A stretch of 64,000 nt of DNA from an uncultured Spirochaetota bacterium (GCA_963783575.1 CAWAOD010000005.1:1-64000); one strand, 5' to 3'; positions 42,870 to 54,382 are shown, counted from the stretch's first letter. Numbers and translations are program-made. Notes: generated from the letters alone by a model not told the origin.

Positions 42870-44150
42870 TCACACACTCTTTATCGCGTCCACTGCGTTC
42901 ATCTTCGCTGCCTGCCTGGATGGTATTATTGAAACAACAGAAGCAACTATGATCCCTAAAAACATAATCCCGATAACACCGGGAACACTCAAAGTAATTT
43001 TGATTACATTATCTATGGGCATATTCATCTGCCCTACTGAAGCGGAAAAATCTATTCCGTTGATAATAAAGTAAAGGGATAATACCAGCCCCAGTACAAT
43101 GCCGGCAACACTTCCGACAACGCCCAAAGCAGACCCTTCAAAAAGGAAAAGAAGAAGCACTTCACCTCTTGAAAATCCCATACTCTTGATAATCCCTATT
43201 TCTTTTCTTCTCTCCAGGACCACCATCATCATAATATTGGTGATGATAAACGCTCCGAGAAAAGCAATTATCACGTAAATGGTACCATAAACACCGGTCA
43301 ATTCCTGCAAGGTCTGGGCATATCCTCCGGCTTTTGTCCAAGGCACAACGGCAAGATTCCGGTAATCATTATTTCCTTTTAATTTCGCACTGATCTCTGC
43401 CGCGACCCTGTCCGCGTTCCGGTAATCTTTCAGCATGAAAATGATCTGCTGGGCGGAATCTCCACTATGCATAATTTCTTTAGCGTCCTTCAGCGGCATC
43501 TGGAAAATTGTGTCATCCAATTCGTTCAAACCGGTCTTAAATATTCCTACCAGTTTCAGCGCAGGAACATGGGGTGCGGAATCGCTCCCCATGACCAGAA
43601 CGGTGGTGACATCCCCAATTTTAAGGTTGAGAGTATCGGCCATTTTTTGGCCCATAATCACTTCATGGACTTTTTTCGTTCCCGGGGCTTCGAGAGGGCT
43701 GTTTTCACTGAAATAGCTGCCGGAAACCAGGCTTTTATTCAGCATCAAAAGCTTTTTTTCATCATTCGGATCTCCGCCCATCGCTATAGCGGTTTTATTA
43801 TTGCCCTCGTGCTGAAGGAGAAGGCCGAAATTAAATCTTTCGGATATCATGTCTACTTCTTTAGCTATTTTTGAATCATTGGTAATCAGAGCAATGAGCT
43901 TCCGGGGTTCCGGGACATTTTGATCCACAGGCATAAACTGCTTTTTGTTAATAAATGCCTGGGTTGTTATCCTGATGTGCCCCGAATCGTTTTTAGTCGA
44001 GTTTTTTATCGCCGATGTCGAAATACCGCTGATAAAACCCTGCAGAAAAAAGAGCATCCCGATGGAAACTGCCACGGATGAAAAAGCAAGGATCGATCTT
44101 CTTTTATTTCTCAGGATATTCCTGAAAGCCATATTTATCAAATACATCAT
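42870..44150 (-). CDS. ABC transporter permease (FtsX/LolE family)
   Basis: AFRNILRNKRRS, ERRKEIGIIKSMG. Confidence 0.9.
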   Translation of the reverse strand: MMYLINMAFRNILRNKRRSILAFSSVAVSIGMLFFLQGFISGISTSAIKNSTKNDSGHIRITTQAFINKKQFMPVDQNVPEPRKLIALITNDSKIAKEVDMISERFNFGLLLQHEGNNKTAIAMGGDPNDEKKLLMLNKSLVSGSYFSENSPLEAPGTKKVHEVIMGQKMADTLNLKIGDVTTVLVMGSDSAPHVPALKLVGIFKTGLNELDDTIFQMPLKDAKEIMHSGDSAQQIIFMLKDYRNADRVAAEISAKLKGNNDYRNLAVVPWTKAGGYAQTLQELTGVYGTIYVIIAFLGAFIITNIMMMVVLERRKEIGIIKSMGFSRGEVLLLFLFEGSALGVVGSVAGIVLGLVLSLYFIINGIDFSASVGQMNMPIDNVIKITLSVPGVIGIMFLGIIVASVVSIIPSRQAAKMNAVDAIKSV

Positions 44151-44164
44151 AATTTAACCCCTTA

Positions 44165-45427
44165 TTAAACAAAATGGAGGCATTCCGTCGCATGCATCAG
44201 GGCCGCTTTTCTGGCCGGTACATAGGAGGCTATGACCGAGATGATAATGCCGAATATAAACATGCCCACGAAGGTTCCCGGGTTCCATTGGCCGAAAAAA
44301 ACGTAACTCATAGGAATACCCTGTGTGCTGATGTTTTTCATCATACTGGTCACGTCATATCCGACATAAATCAGCCAGAGGTTGGCTAAAAATGCTAGAA
44401 CCACCCCGATAATGCTGCCGATGAATCCGATTAATACGCCTTCGTACATAAACATCCGCATGATTTCTCCCTTCCGGATCCCCATGGCTTTCAGCACTCC
44501 GACTTCCCTGATTCTCTCATAAACGCTCATCAGAACGGAATTGACGATACCGATAGCCGCAATCAGCAGGATGAGTAAAGACATAATTCCGATAGAGGCG
44601 CTTTTCTGCTTCAGGAGGGCAAGGAATCCGCCGGCCAGTTCATTGAAATTATAAGCCTTCACTTCCGGAAACCGCTGTTTGAGTTGACCCATAACCCCCT
44701 GGATAACGCTGAGATATTTTTCGGCACTCAGTCCTTTTTTCCAGTCAATACGGACATCGGCTTCCGTATAAAGTCCGCCCAGGTCCAGAAATTCGTTAGC
44801 GGCCTGATAGGTGATATAGGCACTTCCGCTGTTCACATTGGGATCGGGAGTGTTGAGTAATCCGACAATTTCAAAATCCACCGCGTTATTAGCCTCAAAT
44901 TTGGTCGAAGATTGGAAAGTGACTATGTCTCCGACTTTTAGCTTCAGATCATCCGCCAGTTTTTTACCCAGCAGAATTTCAGTTGTACTGTTTGTGGAAA
45001 AATACCTCCCTTCCTGGATAAACTGGGAGGTTGTAAAAACGGTTTTATCCTTTTCCGGGTCTATCACACTGCCGATAACATTGAGAGATAAAGGCCCCGA
45101 TATCAGCTCTCCCAGAAAAGATGTTCTGGGTGTGACGCCTGAGACAAGTTTATCATTCTTCAAAAAGGATTCGATCTCATTATAATTTGTAACCCCATAT
45201 TTCAGGGGAAGCGCATTTTTATTCAGATCATAAGCCGATGTATATATTTTGAAAGAGGATTCGGTCAGATTGATCAAATTCTCAATCGCACTTCTATTGA
45301 TTCCCGTCATCAGGGAATCCATTGAAATATAGACCAATAATCCTGCCGATATGATAATCGCGGTCAGGAATGTTCGTCTTTTATGCCGCCATATATTCCG
45401 TGCGGCTATTTTAAAAATTGATCCCAT
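44165..45427 (-). CDS. ABC transporter permease (FtsX/LolE family)
   Basis: RNIWRHKRRT, ERIREVGVLKAMG. Confidence 0.9.
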   Translation of the reverse strand: MGSIFKIAARNIWRHKRRTFLTAIIISAGLLVYISMDSLMTGINRSAIENLINLTESSFKIYTSAYDLNKNALPLKYGVTNYNEIESFLKNDKLVSGVTPRTSFLGELISGPLSLNVIGSVIDPEKDKTVFTTSQFIQEGRYFSTNSTTEILLGKKLADDLKLKVGDIVTFQSSTKFEANNAVDFEIVGLLNTPDPNVNSGSAYITYQAANEFLDLGGLYTEADVRIDWKKGLSAEKYLSVIQGVMGQLKQRFPEVKAYNFNELAGGFLALLKQKSASIGIMSLLILLIAAIGIVNSVLMSVYERIREVGVLKAMGIRKGEIMRMFMYEGVLIGFIGSIIGVVLAFLANLWLIYVGYDVTSMMKNISTQGIPMSYVFFGQWNPGTFVGMFIFGIIISVIASYVPARKAALMHATECLHFV

Positions 45428-45429
45428 AA

Positions 45430-46116
45430 CTACCTCCTCTCATCGGAGAAAATATTCCCGTCTTTCAATACAACTATCCTTTTAGCGTATTTTTCAACTA
45501 GATGGTCGTGTGTGGAAAAAACAAATGTCGCCTTCCTTTTTTCATTGATATCGTGCATTATTTCTATGATTTCTTCGGCTGTATGAGAATCAAGATTTGC
45601 CGTCGGCTCATCTGCCAGGATCAGGATCGGGTCTTTAACCAGAGCCCTGGCGATCGCCACCCTCTGTTCCTGTCCGCCGGACAATTCCCTTGGATAACGG
45701 TCCTCCATTCCCCCGAGCCCGACATCGGCAAGAATGCTTTTAGCCCTCTTTTCCATTTCACCCTTTGAAAATCTTTTTTCTATGACCATAGGAAGCTCGA
45801 CATTCTCCCTTACAGTTAATACAGGTATAAGGTTGTAAGACTGAAAAATAAATCCAATGTTTTCTTTTCTATAATCCGAAAGTTCTTTCTCATTCATTTT
45901 TCCAAGTTCCCTGCCGTCATAAACAACATTTCCTTCCGACAGTGTGTCCAGGCATCCGATGATGTTAAGGAGGGTTGTTTTACCGCTTCCCGAAGGTCCT
46001 ACAACGGCCATAAATTCTCCCTTATCCACGGAAAGGTTAACACCCCTCAAGGCAAGGATATCAAGATCCCCTTTCTGATACTTTTTCTTAACATTTTCCA
46101 GCTTCAGCAATACCAT
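45430..46116 (-). CDS. ABC transporter ATPase (LolD/MacB-like)
   Basis: [23 protein letters not shown]. Confidence 0.93.
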   Translation of the reverse strand: MVLLKLENVKKKYQKGDLDILALRGVNLSVDKGEFMAVVGPSGSGKTTLLNIIGCLDTLSEGNVVYDGRELGKMNEKELSDYRKENIGFIFQSYNLIPVLTVRENVELPMVIEKRFSKGEMEKRAKSILADVGLGGMEDRYPRELSGGQEQRVAIARALVKDPILILADEPTANLDSHTAEEIIEIMHDINEKRKATFVFSTHDHLVEKYAKRIVVLKDGNIFSDERR

Positions 46117-46126
46117 AACTATCCTC

Positions 46127-46450
46127 CTATTCGCTTTTCTTCAGCGATTTTATGATGCTTTCCATCTCTGTTAAATACTCATCCAGAGCCGCAATGCCCT
46201 CCGGAGTGATTGAAATGTTTGTGAGGGGCTTGTTTTTTCTGAATATTTTATTTATTATAATATAATCAACTTCCTCAAGGCTTTTCAAGTGTATTGAAAG
46301 ATTTCCCGCGGTAAAGCCGAGTTTTTCCTTTAATTCGTTGAAGCTCACGGTTTCTTCCTTTATTCTGGTAAGATAGCTTAATATCAGAAGCCTGGCCCGT
46401 TCATGGATGATTTTATTTAAATTAAACTGTTTTTGTATGCCGGACGCCAC
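46127..46450 (-). CDS. Winged-helix transcriptional regulator
   Basis: IIHERARLLILSYL..FNELK..TAGNLSIHLKSLEE. Confidence 0.85.
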   Translation of the reverse strand: MASGIQKQFNLNKIIHERARLLILSYLTRIKEETVSFNELKEKLGFTAGNLSIHLKSLEEVDYIIINKIFRKNKPLTNISITPEGIAALDEYLTEMESIIKSLKKSE

Positions 46451-46500
46451 TATTTTCTCCTTAACAAGCTTGAAGGAACCATTATTAAATAATTGCTAAT

Positions 46501-47220
46501 TTATTTATTCTTCATGTCTATTAATCTTGTAATTTGAGTTATTACCGGGAAAAGAATATAACCGGCACCGGCTGAAACTGCCAGCCAGATAAAAGAGTTC
46601 AATGGGTTAGCGGAAATAAAAGGTACGCTGATAAGCCCGGTTAATATAAGCCACATTCCAAGAGACAATATTTCAAAAAGATTAATAAAACCTGTCATCA
46701 GGTAAAAACATATTCCCATGTCGGTACAGGCAACAGGCACTATAAATTGCGGTTTTTCGATTATTCCAAAATAAATTGATAAATAAAATATAACTCCCAA
46801 TAAAACAAAATATACGAAAAGCACTTCACGGGCAAAAAGCTTCAAAGTCATTCCGATATAGTTTTCATAGGGATATTTTTGTTTAAGGAATATGTAAACC
46901 GTCGTTTTTATCAAAGACGCGATGATTGTCGAAATAATCACCCCGATAATCAGCAATGTTCTATATACGGATGGTATATTTGCGTATCCAGAATATTTTG
47001 TGATCGAATAATAATACAGAAAAGAAAACACAACTGTCATTATACCTGTAAATAGCGATGTTATCTGTATTGACAGTGTGTAAATCATCTCTCTGAGCCG
47101 AATATTGTTTTTTTTGATCGACGTTTTGATAAACTTTATATCCTCAATCAGCTGGTTCAGATCGTCTATTTTGTTCTCTTCCATATTTATACTCCAACAA
47201 TTACTTTTTGTTATTATCAT
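46501..47220 (-). CDS. Membrane protein
   Basis: Multiple hydrophobic segments; start probably the internal MEENK. Confidence 0.7.
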   Translation of the reverse strand: MIITKSNCWSINMEENKIDDLNQLIEDIKFIKTSIKKNNIRLREMIYTLSIQITSLFTGIMTVVFSFLYYYSITKYSGYANIPSVYRTLLIIGVIISTIIASLIKTTVYIFLKQKYPYENYIGMTLKLFAREVLFVYFVLLGVIFYLSIYFGIIEKPQFIVPVACTDMGICFYLMTGFINLFEILSLGMWLILTGLISVPFISANPLNSFIWLAVSAGAGYILFPVITQITRLIDMKNK

Positions 47221-47293
47221 AAACTAGTTTGTGTCACAAACTAAATAATTATAATAAATTTAATCATGCCTGTCAAGAGTTTTTTGAAATAAA

Positions 47294-48643
47294 TTAATCT
47301 TTAAAAAATGCCAGGAATGCGTCTTCCGATATTTCCCTGATTCTTTTATAGAATGAGTTGTTCTTGCAGTTGTTATCGACGCTGAAAAGGGAAAATAAGA
47401 TGATGGAAGTATTCGCAAGCCCCTGCCGCGCCAGTATATCCTGGATTGTTTCCATTGAAATGCAGGGAACGGGGTAGGGCAGTTTGTATATTATAAAGCA
47501 CTGGTTCTGGTCTTTTAAAATCCAGAATTCCTTCTGCTTTTCAATAATACTGTCATCTTTTTGCTTATATTTTTTCAGGATATAATCCTCAAATTCAACT
47601 TCATTTGTGTTATAAACATATTGAAGCGACGGGTTTTTCTTCAAAACATCGTACCGGAGCAGTATCGAATCAAGGTCCTGGTAACTGGGGTTCAATTCGT
47701 AAGCGCTCTGCCAGGCTTCCAGAGCCTGGTAAATTTCCCCGCTTAACAGGTATGCCGTTCCTATTTCATAAAGTATACCGCATCTGTCATCCCTGGGTAT
47801 TTTTAAAAGATAATCGCTTCCAATCTGGATAGCCTGACGGTAATCGCTGTTTTTTATCAAACAAGTGACTACTTTAAGAAGCACTTTTGGCCTCAGATTA
47901 TCATCATTCAGTAGAGGTTTTAAAACCTTTATTGAATCGGCGTATCTTTTCAGGGCAAGATAATTATCTGCAAGAAGCATCAATGATTCGTTATAAAGTG
48001 CTATGGGTATTTCCATTTCTTTTTTTAATTCGAACCACTTATCAAGCTGGATTACGGATTTCTGATATTCAGCCAGCTTATTATAAACTTTTGCTAAAAG
48101 ATATCGTGAATCAAGAAATTTCGGCTTTTGTAAAATGAAATTTTCCAGTGAATCTTTTGCTTTCATATATTTTTTCATTTCGTAATTTATCTGTGAGATA
48201 CTCCATAGAGCCTTGGTGTTTCTCGGGTGGTCCCTTAGAACCAATTCAAAATACCCGAGCGCCTGCTCGGGTTTTTTAATAATATTGGATAATTCTCCGA
48301 GTTTTAAAAGAATCTCCGCACGCATATCTTCGCGGTTGTGATTCTCAAGATCGACAAGAGCCTTCTCATAATTTTCGATGGAACGCCTGTATTGGTTCAG
48401 CCCTTCGTAACCCTGGGCCATATAATTATATATCCAGAAGTCCGCGCTTCTTTTTTTTATAAATTTATGAGCCAGGTCAATTACTTTTTGATAATTTTTG
48501 GCTTCAAGCGATTTTCCCATCTCGCTGAGAATCGATTCGGCGCTTGCAATGTTATATATCAAAATTATAATGCCCACACAAACCAGGATACCTATAAAAA
48601 AAATAAAGTAAATCATCGTACTGCCGCCGCCTGCAGAATTCAT
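47294..48643 (-). CDS. TPR-repeat protein with N-terminal membrane anchor
   Basis: N-terminal hydrophobic helix and repeated TPR-like helices. Confidence 0.8.
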   Translation of the reverse strand: MNSAGGGSTMIYFIFFIGILVCVGIIILIYNIASAESILSEMGKSLEAKNYQKVIDLAHKFIKKRSADFWIYNYMAQGYEGLNQYRRSIENYEKALVDLENHNREDMRAEILLKLGELSNIIKKPEQALGYFELVLRDHPRNTKALWSISQINYEMKKYMKAKDSLENFILQKPKFLDSRYLLAKVYNKLAEYQKSVIQLDKWFELKKEMEIPIALYNESLMLLADNYLALKRYADSIKVLKPLLNDDNLRPKVLLKVVTCLIKNSDYRQAIQIGSDYLLKIPRDDRCGILYEIGTAYLLSGEIYQALEAWQSAYELNPSYQDLDSILLRYDVLKKNPSLQYVYNTNEVEFEDYILKKYKQKDDSIIEKQKEFWILKDQNQCFIIYKLPYPVPCISMETIQDILARQGLANTSIILFSLFSVDNNCKNNSFYKRIREISEDAFLAFFKD

Positions 48644-48889
48644 TTGATTCTCCGCCGCAATATTTCATTTAATAATAAAATTTTATAATAAAATGTTTTA
48701 TACAGATATATGGGCACTTCTAAAACTCATTTTTAGAAGTGCCTGTTTAAATTGCTGAAGTTTTTGTCTTTCTTTCATATACACTTACAAAAACTTAAGG
48801 GCAGTTCTTTTTTATAAAAAACTGGTTTTTAATGAGATTTTCGAACTGCCCATATATTATCGAACAACCGGTTTCAGAATTAAAACTTT

Positions 48890-49519
48890 TTAAGTAATAT
48901 AAACAAAATTAATGCCTTTTTCAATTATCTCCTTAATTTTTTCCTCATCAAGTACTGTGAACGATTTGAAAAGAGTTTCTCCATTCTGAATCATGACCGG
49001 TAATCCGATGATCATATCAGGCTTTAGCAATTTGGAATCGATCTTTTGATAAGAAACTGTTTTTTTGCCCTCTCTAGTTTCGGCAGGTATTTCTTCAGGT
49101 AATATTTTATTAAAGCTTAAACTTGAGATCTCCTCTTCGGTTATATTCAGAAGATGAGTGATTTTTGTCAGCAGTTTTCCGATATGAACCGGCTTAATTA
49201 AATAATATTGAGCACCGGCGGCCATTGCTTTTTCAACATCTTCCGGATGATGGCTTGAAGTAGTAATAATTGCTGGAATTTTTGCCGTCGCGGGATTATT
49301 TCGTATATTCTGGAGAATTGAAAACCCTGTTAAATCCGGAAGATTCAGGTCAAGTAAAATAATATCAGGCCTTTCGGATTCGGCCATATTTATTCCGGTA
49401 TTTCCGTCAGTCGCTTCTACAAATGCTATATTATAATTCCTTAATCCATCCCTGATGTTTTTCCTGGCGATATTGCTGTCTTCAATTAAAAGCATTTTGA
49501 GATAAAATAACCTTTTCAA
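48890..49519 (-). CDS. Response regulator (receiver domain)
   Basis: LLIED, PDIILLDLNLP, YLIKP. Confidence 0.9.
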   Translation of the reverse strand: MKRLFYLKMLLIEDSNIARKNIRDGLRNYNIAFVEATDGNTGINMAESERPDIILLDLNLPDLTGFSILQNIRNNPATAKIPAIITTSSHHPEDVEKAMAAGAQYYLIKPVHIGKLLTKITHLLNITEEEISSLSFNKILPEEIPAETREGKKTVSYQKIDSKLLKPDMIIGLPVMIQNGETLFKSFTVLDEEKIKEIIEKGINFVYIT

Positions 49520-49520
49520 A

Positions 49521-51449
49521 CTATTCCCCTTTTACATAATTGCATAACTTTTCTATGACATTCATATTAAGTGTATTACAAATATTTTTCGCTTCCGGAG
49601 TATATAAGAATTCTATCCTGTCCTTATAATGTGCGATTATTTTTCCCCTAACTATTTTTAGGGTGGAATTAATGAAGCTGTTTTTTTCTGTGAAAGGTTC
49701 TTCAAGAACACCTATCGCGGACGGTATCCATCTTTGAGGGAACAATCCCTCGTATTTGCCTCCATCCCGGTACTGATTTATCTCTGATTCAAGGAGTTTT
49801 AAAACAGCTTCGCTCCCTTCCTTTGATTGGCAGGACAGATTGTTATTTGAAAGCCACAGGATCAGGTTATCCTTATTCGGCACCAATAGAGCCGTTGTAT
49901 ATGTGTTCTGATTATTATACAGCATAATCTGTTCAATAAATAATGACTTATCGGTTATGGCTTCCTCAATCCCTTCCGGACTGTATTTTTCGCCGTCATT
50001 GCTTATCAGCAGGCTTTTATTCCTTCCCAGGACATAAAGGAATCCGTCATTATCCATATATCCCACGTCGCCGGTAAAAAGCCAGCCGTTACGAACGGTT
50101 TCTCCGGTTGCTTTTTCATTTTTCCAGTAGCCGGCCATAACATTTTCGCCTTTCACCGCGATTTCACCCTTTATGCCTGCCGGCAGATTATGACCGTTAT
50201 CATCGTATATTTTTATTTCCAGGCCTTTTACTACATAACCGGATGAACCTAGTTTATGCTTTTTCGGCACATTGGATGAGATGATCGGAGCCGCTTCGGT
50301 TAATCCATATCCCTGAAACATTGGAATGCCGATCGCATAAAAAAAATGCTGAAGTTCCAGATCAAGTAATGCGCCTCCGCCGATGAAAAATTCAAGCCTT
50401 CCGCCAAAGCTTTTTCTGATTTTACTGAAAATTAAAATATCATATAAAACATAAACCGGTTTTAAAAAAATCCTCATGCCTTTTCCACGGTTCCATCCTT
50501 CGGCGTTATACCTGTAAGCCAGCTTTAGGGCGGAATAAAACATTTTCTCGGTTTTCTGCCCTTTTTCACGAACAGCCTTCTCGATATTTTTTTTAAAACT
50601 CTTTGCAAGTGAAGGGACGCTCAATAAAAATGTAGGGCGTATCTCCTTAATATTAACCGGGATATTTTTTAATGTTTCGATCGGGGTCCTGCCGTTCTGT
50701 ACTGAAGCAATGGACGCCCCGTTTTTTATCAGGGTGTAGATTCCCACAGTATGAGCGAATGAGTGATCCCAGGGGAGTATAAGGAGCGAAACATACCGCT
50801 GAGGTATCGGAAGGAGGTATGTCGCCTGTTCGGTGTTTGCGGTATAATTCCTGTGAGTCAGGATTGTTCCTTTTGGATCGGCAGTAGTACCGGATGTATA
50901 GCAAATATTTGCGTAATCCTTTTCGTCAATTTCGTTCCAGATCTTTTCAAATTCTTTACTGTGCGATTTTAAATATTCCAAACCGCTGTCCATTAAATCA
51001 TTTTTATAAATTTCATCCATTTCAAATTTTTCCGGCTTGTCAAGAAGGATGGTTTTTTCAAGCAGGAGAAGTTCTTTTTTTACCTGCCTGATTTTTTTAA
51101 CCTGGCTTTCTGAAACGATTACCAGCCTGCATTCCGAATGAGCCAGCCGGAATTTCAGGTCTTCCAGTTCGTCAATCTTTATCGAAACCGGTACATTGAC
51201 AGCACCGGTATATAGAATGCCCAGCTCACACATTACCCAGTCGTTTCTCCCTTCGGAAATCAGGGCGATCCTGTCGCCTTTTTTAATACCGTAATTTATT
51301 AATCCCGCGGCGAAACTATAAACCCTTTCCTTCATCCGGCTATATGTTTCCGCTTTATATACTCCTTTGATTTTTTCCCATGTAAGGTTATTGGAGGCGT
51401 ATTTGTTTACACTGTCTTCAAAAAGTTTCGGTATTGTACGGCCCGCCAT
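49521..51449 (-). CDS. Long-chain acyl-CoA synthetase (FadD15-like)
   Basis: YTSGTTADPKG, QGYGLTE, TGDVG. Confidence 0.9.
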   Translation of the reverse strand: MAGRTIPKLFEDSVNKYASNNLTWEKIKGVYKAETYSRMKERVYSFAAGLINYGIKKGDRIALISEGRNDWVMCELGILYTGAVNVPVSIKIDELEDLKFRLAHSECRLVIVSESQVKKIRQVKKELLLLEKTILLDKPEKFEMDEIYKNDLMDSGLEYLKSHSKEFEKIWNEIDEKDYANICYTSGTTADPKGTILTHRNYTANTEQATYLLPIPQRYVSLLILPWDHSFAHTVGIYTLIKNGASIASVQNGRTPIETLKNIPVNIKEIRPTFLLSVPSLAKSFKKNIEKAVREKGQKTEKMFYSALKLAYRYNAEGWNRGKGMRIFLKPVYVLYDILIFSKIRKSFGGRLEFFIGGGALLDLELQHFFYAIGIPMFQGYGLTEAAPIISSNVPKKHKLGSSGYVVKGLEIKIYDDNGHNLPAGIKGEIAVKGENVMAGYWKNEKATGETVRNGWLFTGDVGYMDNDGFLYVLGRNKSLLISNDGEKYSPEGIEEAITDKSLFIEQIMLYNNQNTYTTALLVPNKDNLILWLSNNNLSCQSKEGSEAVLKLLESEINQYRDGGKYEGLFPQRWIPSAIGVLEEPFTEKNSFINSTLKIVRGKIIAHYKDRIEFLYTPEAKNICNTLNMNVIEKLCNYVKGE

Positions 51450-51450
51450 T

Positions 51451-52188
51451 TTATTTCCTCCAATAATTACTAAGGATGGTTGTACTGATAATATTCATCT
51501 TGATAAATAAAAAACCGCCGGTACCTTGCATAGTTAGTAATGATGGATACCAATTACTTTCACCCCCGGCAGTATTATAAAGGATTGTGTTTGTCATACC
51601 GCTTACAAACCTGGGCAGCGGATCCAGTGTAAATTTAACGGCGGCAGGCAGGCCGGTTGCTTCATCAATCCAGGCGGAACCGGTCTGAAATATATCCCCT
51701 GGCATTTTACGGCGGTATTCGAAAATATAGCATTCTTTATCATACCTGTATTCATGTATTCCGGTATTTGAAATCGTAATATTTGACTGGGAATCCGGGT
51801 CGAATGGATTCATATCCGATAAATTAAGGCTGAATTTTCTTTCATTCTTATTTTCCTTTTTTTCTTCAGGCTTGTTGAATTCTCTCATTTTTTTTTCGGT
51901 GACGTCATCCCCATTTTCTATGTATTTAATAAGAATGTTGGAAATTCCGCCATTTGTATTCGAGGATGTCTCCGCCCAGAGTTCTGTGCTGTTTTTAATT
52001 TTTCCATTATTGTCTTTCATAATATTTTTTAAATAAAGGTTTCCCGGTATCCAGTTTATGTTCAGTCTTGAGATTTCAACGGCTTTTTCCCAGAGGTTGA
52101 TTTGATTTGAAACATCGCAAAAGCACAATAAAGGGATAAGCATTAAAAAAGTTAAAACCGGATATTTTAATAACCTATAAATATACAC
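51451..52188 (-). CDS. Exported hypothetical protein
   Basis: Signal-like N-terminus; operon spacing with neighbours. Confidence 0.65.
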   Translation of the reverse strand: MYIYRLLKYPVLTFLMLIPLLCFCDVSNQINLWEKAVEISRLNINWIPGNLYLKNIMKDNNGKIKNSTELWAETSSNTNGGISNILIKYIENGDDVTEKKMREFNKPEEKKENKNERKFSLNLSDMNPFDPDSQSNITISNTGIHEYRYDKECYIFEYRRKMPGDIFQTGSAWIDEATGLPAAVKFTLDPLPRFVSGMTNTILYNTAGGESNWYPSLLTMQGTGGFLFIKMNIISTTILSNYWRK

Positions 52189-52242
52189 TTTTAATTTCCC
52201 TAATAAAATTCCAAATTGTCCTGTTTATCTTCCTGAATATTG

Positions 52243-53649
52243 TTATGCATCCTTCAAAAATGCTCCGTAACCCTTGTAAGTTTCATAAAGATCGGCTTTG
52301 CTGACTACCTCAAAAGGCGAATGCATACCGTCCACGCCTGTACCGCTGTCGACAACCTGAATACCGAGGTCGGCCAGATAAAGCGCGACGGTTCCTCCAC
52401 CGCCTTCATCAACCTTTCCGAGAACGCTTGGCTGCCATATCACATTATTTTCATTAAAGATTTTTCTGATTTTTCCCATCATCTCAGCAGAGGCGTCGCT
52501 TGCGCCGGATTTTCCCCTTGAACCGGTGTATTTTTCAAGAAGAAGGCCGTATCCCATTTTCGGGGAATTTACAGGGTCGAATACATCCTTGAACATCGGG
52601 TTGATTACGGCTCCAACATCTCCCGATATGGCGTATGATTTTTCAAGGGCTTTCCTTAAATCCTGTTCCCTGTATCCTGGCCGCAGGCGTTCCAATAACT
52701 CGCCGATTGAATTGTAAAGGAATCTGGACCGGATACCCGTGACTCCGAAAGAGCCAATCTCTTCCTTATCAACCAGCAGGGCGATTATTGTTTTTTCGGG
52801 TATCCCGTTAAAATCGACAATGGACCTGAAAGCAGAATAACTGCAAGCCCTGTCGTCATGGCCGTATGAACCGACCATGCTCCTGTCAATCCCGACATCG
52901 CGAGCTTTGAAAGCCGGAACGATCTCTATCTCGGAAGAAATAAGATCTTCTTCAGATACGCCGTATTTATCATTCAAAATCTTGAGAACCATTTCCTTGA
53001 CTTTGTCCTGAATATCTTTATCATTAACAGGAATGTTGCCGATTACAAGCCTTAAATTTTCACCCTCTATTCCTTCAAGGAGCTTTTTTTCTCCCTGAAC
53101 CTTGCCCGAGAGATGGATTAAAATATCATTGATGGTAAAAACGGGATCGTTTTCATCCTCTCCGATTACTATCGGGAGGACCGATCCGTCGGATTTTATG
53201 ATAGTGCCATGCAGTGCAAGAGGTATGTTTACCCACTGGTATTTTTTTATCCCGCCGTAATAATGTGTTTTTAACAGTGCCATATCGCTGTCCTCGATGA
53301 CGGGCATCGGCTTTAAGTCGAGCCTTGGGGCGTCAATATGGGAGGCGATAAGGTTTATGCCGTCCTTTATATCTTTTTCCCCAATAATAGCCAGAATAAT
53401 ATTTTTATTGTTATTCTTAATTATAATTTTTTTCCCGGGATTGAAAGTGCCCTCGGATAATTCCGTAAATCCCATTTTTTTTGCTTCAGTTTCAATAAAG
53501 CCGACGCATTCCCTTTCGGTTTTACATTTGCTCATAAACCTTTTGTAATCCTCCGAAAAATCGAAGATAAGGTTTTTTTCGGTTTCATTCACGGAAAGCC
53601 AAACATTCTTCCTTTCATAGGCAAAAGCGGATTTTTTCGATTCCTGCAT
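52243..53649 (-). CDS. M18 family aminopeptidase
   Basis: HIDAPRLDLKP, THYYGGIKKYQW, DKEEIGS, MHSPFE. Confidence 0.92.
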   Translation of the reverse strand: MQESKKSAFAYERKNVWLSVNETEKNLIFDFSEDYKRFMSKCKTERECVGFIETEAKKMGFTELSEGTFNPGKKIIIKNNNKNIILAIIGEKDIKDGINLIASHIDAPRLDLKPMPVIEDSDMALLKTHYYGGIKKYQWVNIPLALHGTIIKSDGSVLPIVIGEDENDPVFTINDILIHLSGKVQGEKKLLEGIEGENLRLVIGNIPVNDKDIQDKVKEMVLKILNDKYGVSEEDLISSEIEIVPAFKARDVGIDRSMVGSYGHDDRACSYSAFRSIVDFNGIPEKTIIALLVDKEEIGSFGVTGIRSRFLYNSIGELLERLRPGYREQDLRKALEKSYAISGDVGAVINPMFKDVFDPVNSPKMGYGLLLEKYTGSRGKSGASDASAEMMGKIRKIFNENNVIWQPSVLGKVDEGGGGTVALYLADLGIQVVDSGTGVDGMHSPFEVVSKADLYETYKGYGAFLKDA

Positions 53650-53768
53650 GGGAACATCTCCTATTTAATAAATTATCTGTGCCAGAAGCTCTTGATTGAA
53701 AAAGTAAATTTTGATTTGCGGTAATATTTTATATTGTCCTTTATGAACTGTCAACAAGGCGGATTGCT

Positions 53769-54374
53769 TTAATTTACCTTGAATGTTTTTCGGTGATATG
53801 GGGAAAAACCATGGCTTTTAATGGCTTCGCGGTGGGCTTTTGTAGGATAACCCTTGTTTTCGTTCCATTTATATATCGGGTATTCATTATGGAGTTTCCG
53901 CATAAGATCATCCCGGTAAACCTTTGCAATGATAGATGCGGCTGCGATAGTATGGCTTTTTTGATCGCCCTTTATGATCGGTTCAACCGGAATCGGGAGA
54001 TTAAGTTTCACTGCATCGACAAGAATATATTCCGGCTTTCGGGATAGTTTTTCCACAGCCATCTTCATTGAAAGTTTTGCGGCTTCTAATATATTGATCC
54101 TGTCTATTGTTTCGTTATCAACTATTCCGATAGAATAGCATACGCAGTCGGAAATGATTTTTTGATAGAGTATTTCCCTCTGTCGGCTTGAAAGGGATTT
54201 TGAATCATAAACCCCTTCAATTATAAATGAAGGTTCGAATATAACACATGCCGATACAACAGGCCCTGCCAGGGGGCCTCTTCCAGCCTCGTCTATGCCC
54301 GCAATAAAACGGTAACCCAGGTTCCACAATTTTTTCTCGTAATTTAACAGGTCTTCCGCTTTTGGTATGGGCAT
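53769..54374 (-). CDS. rnhB: Ribonuclease HII
   Basis: GIDEAGRGPLAGPV, DSK, IAAASIIAKV. Confidence 0.97.
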   Translation of the reverse strand: MPIPKAEDLLNYEKKLWNLGYRFIAGIDEAGRGPLAGPVVSACVIFEPSFIIEGVYDSKSLSSRQREILYQKIISDCVCYSIGIVDNETIDRINILEAAKLSMKMAVEKLSRKPEYILVDAVKLNLPIPVEPIIKGDQKSHTIAAASIIAKVYRDDLMRKLHNEYPIYKWNENKGYPTKAHREAIKSHGFSPYHRKTFKVN

Positions 54375-54382
54375 ACTGAAAA

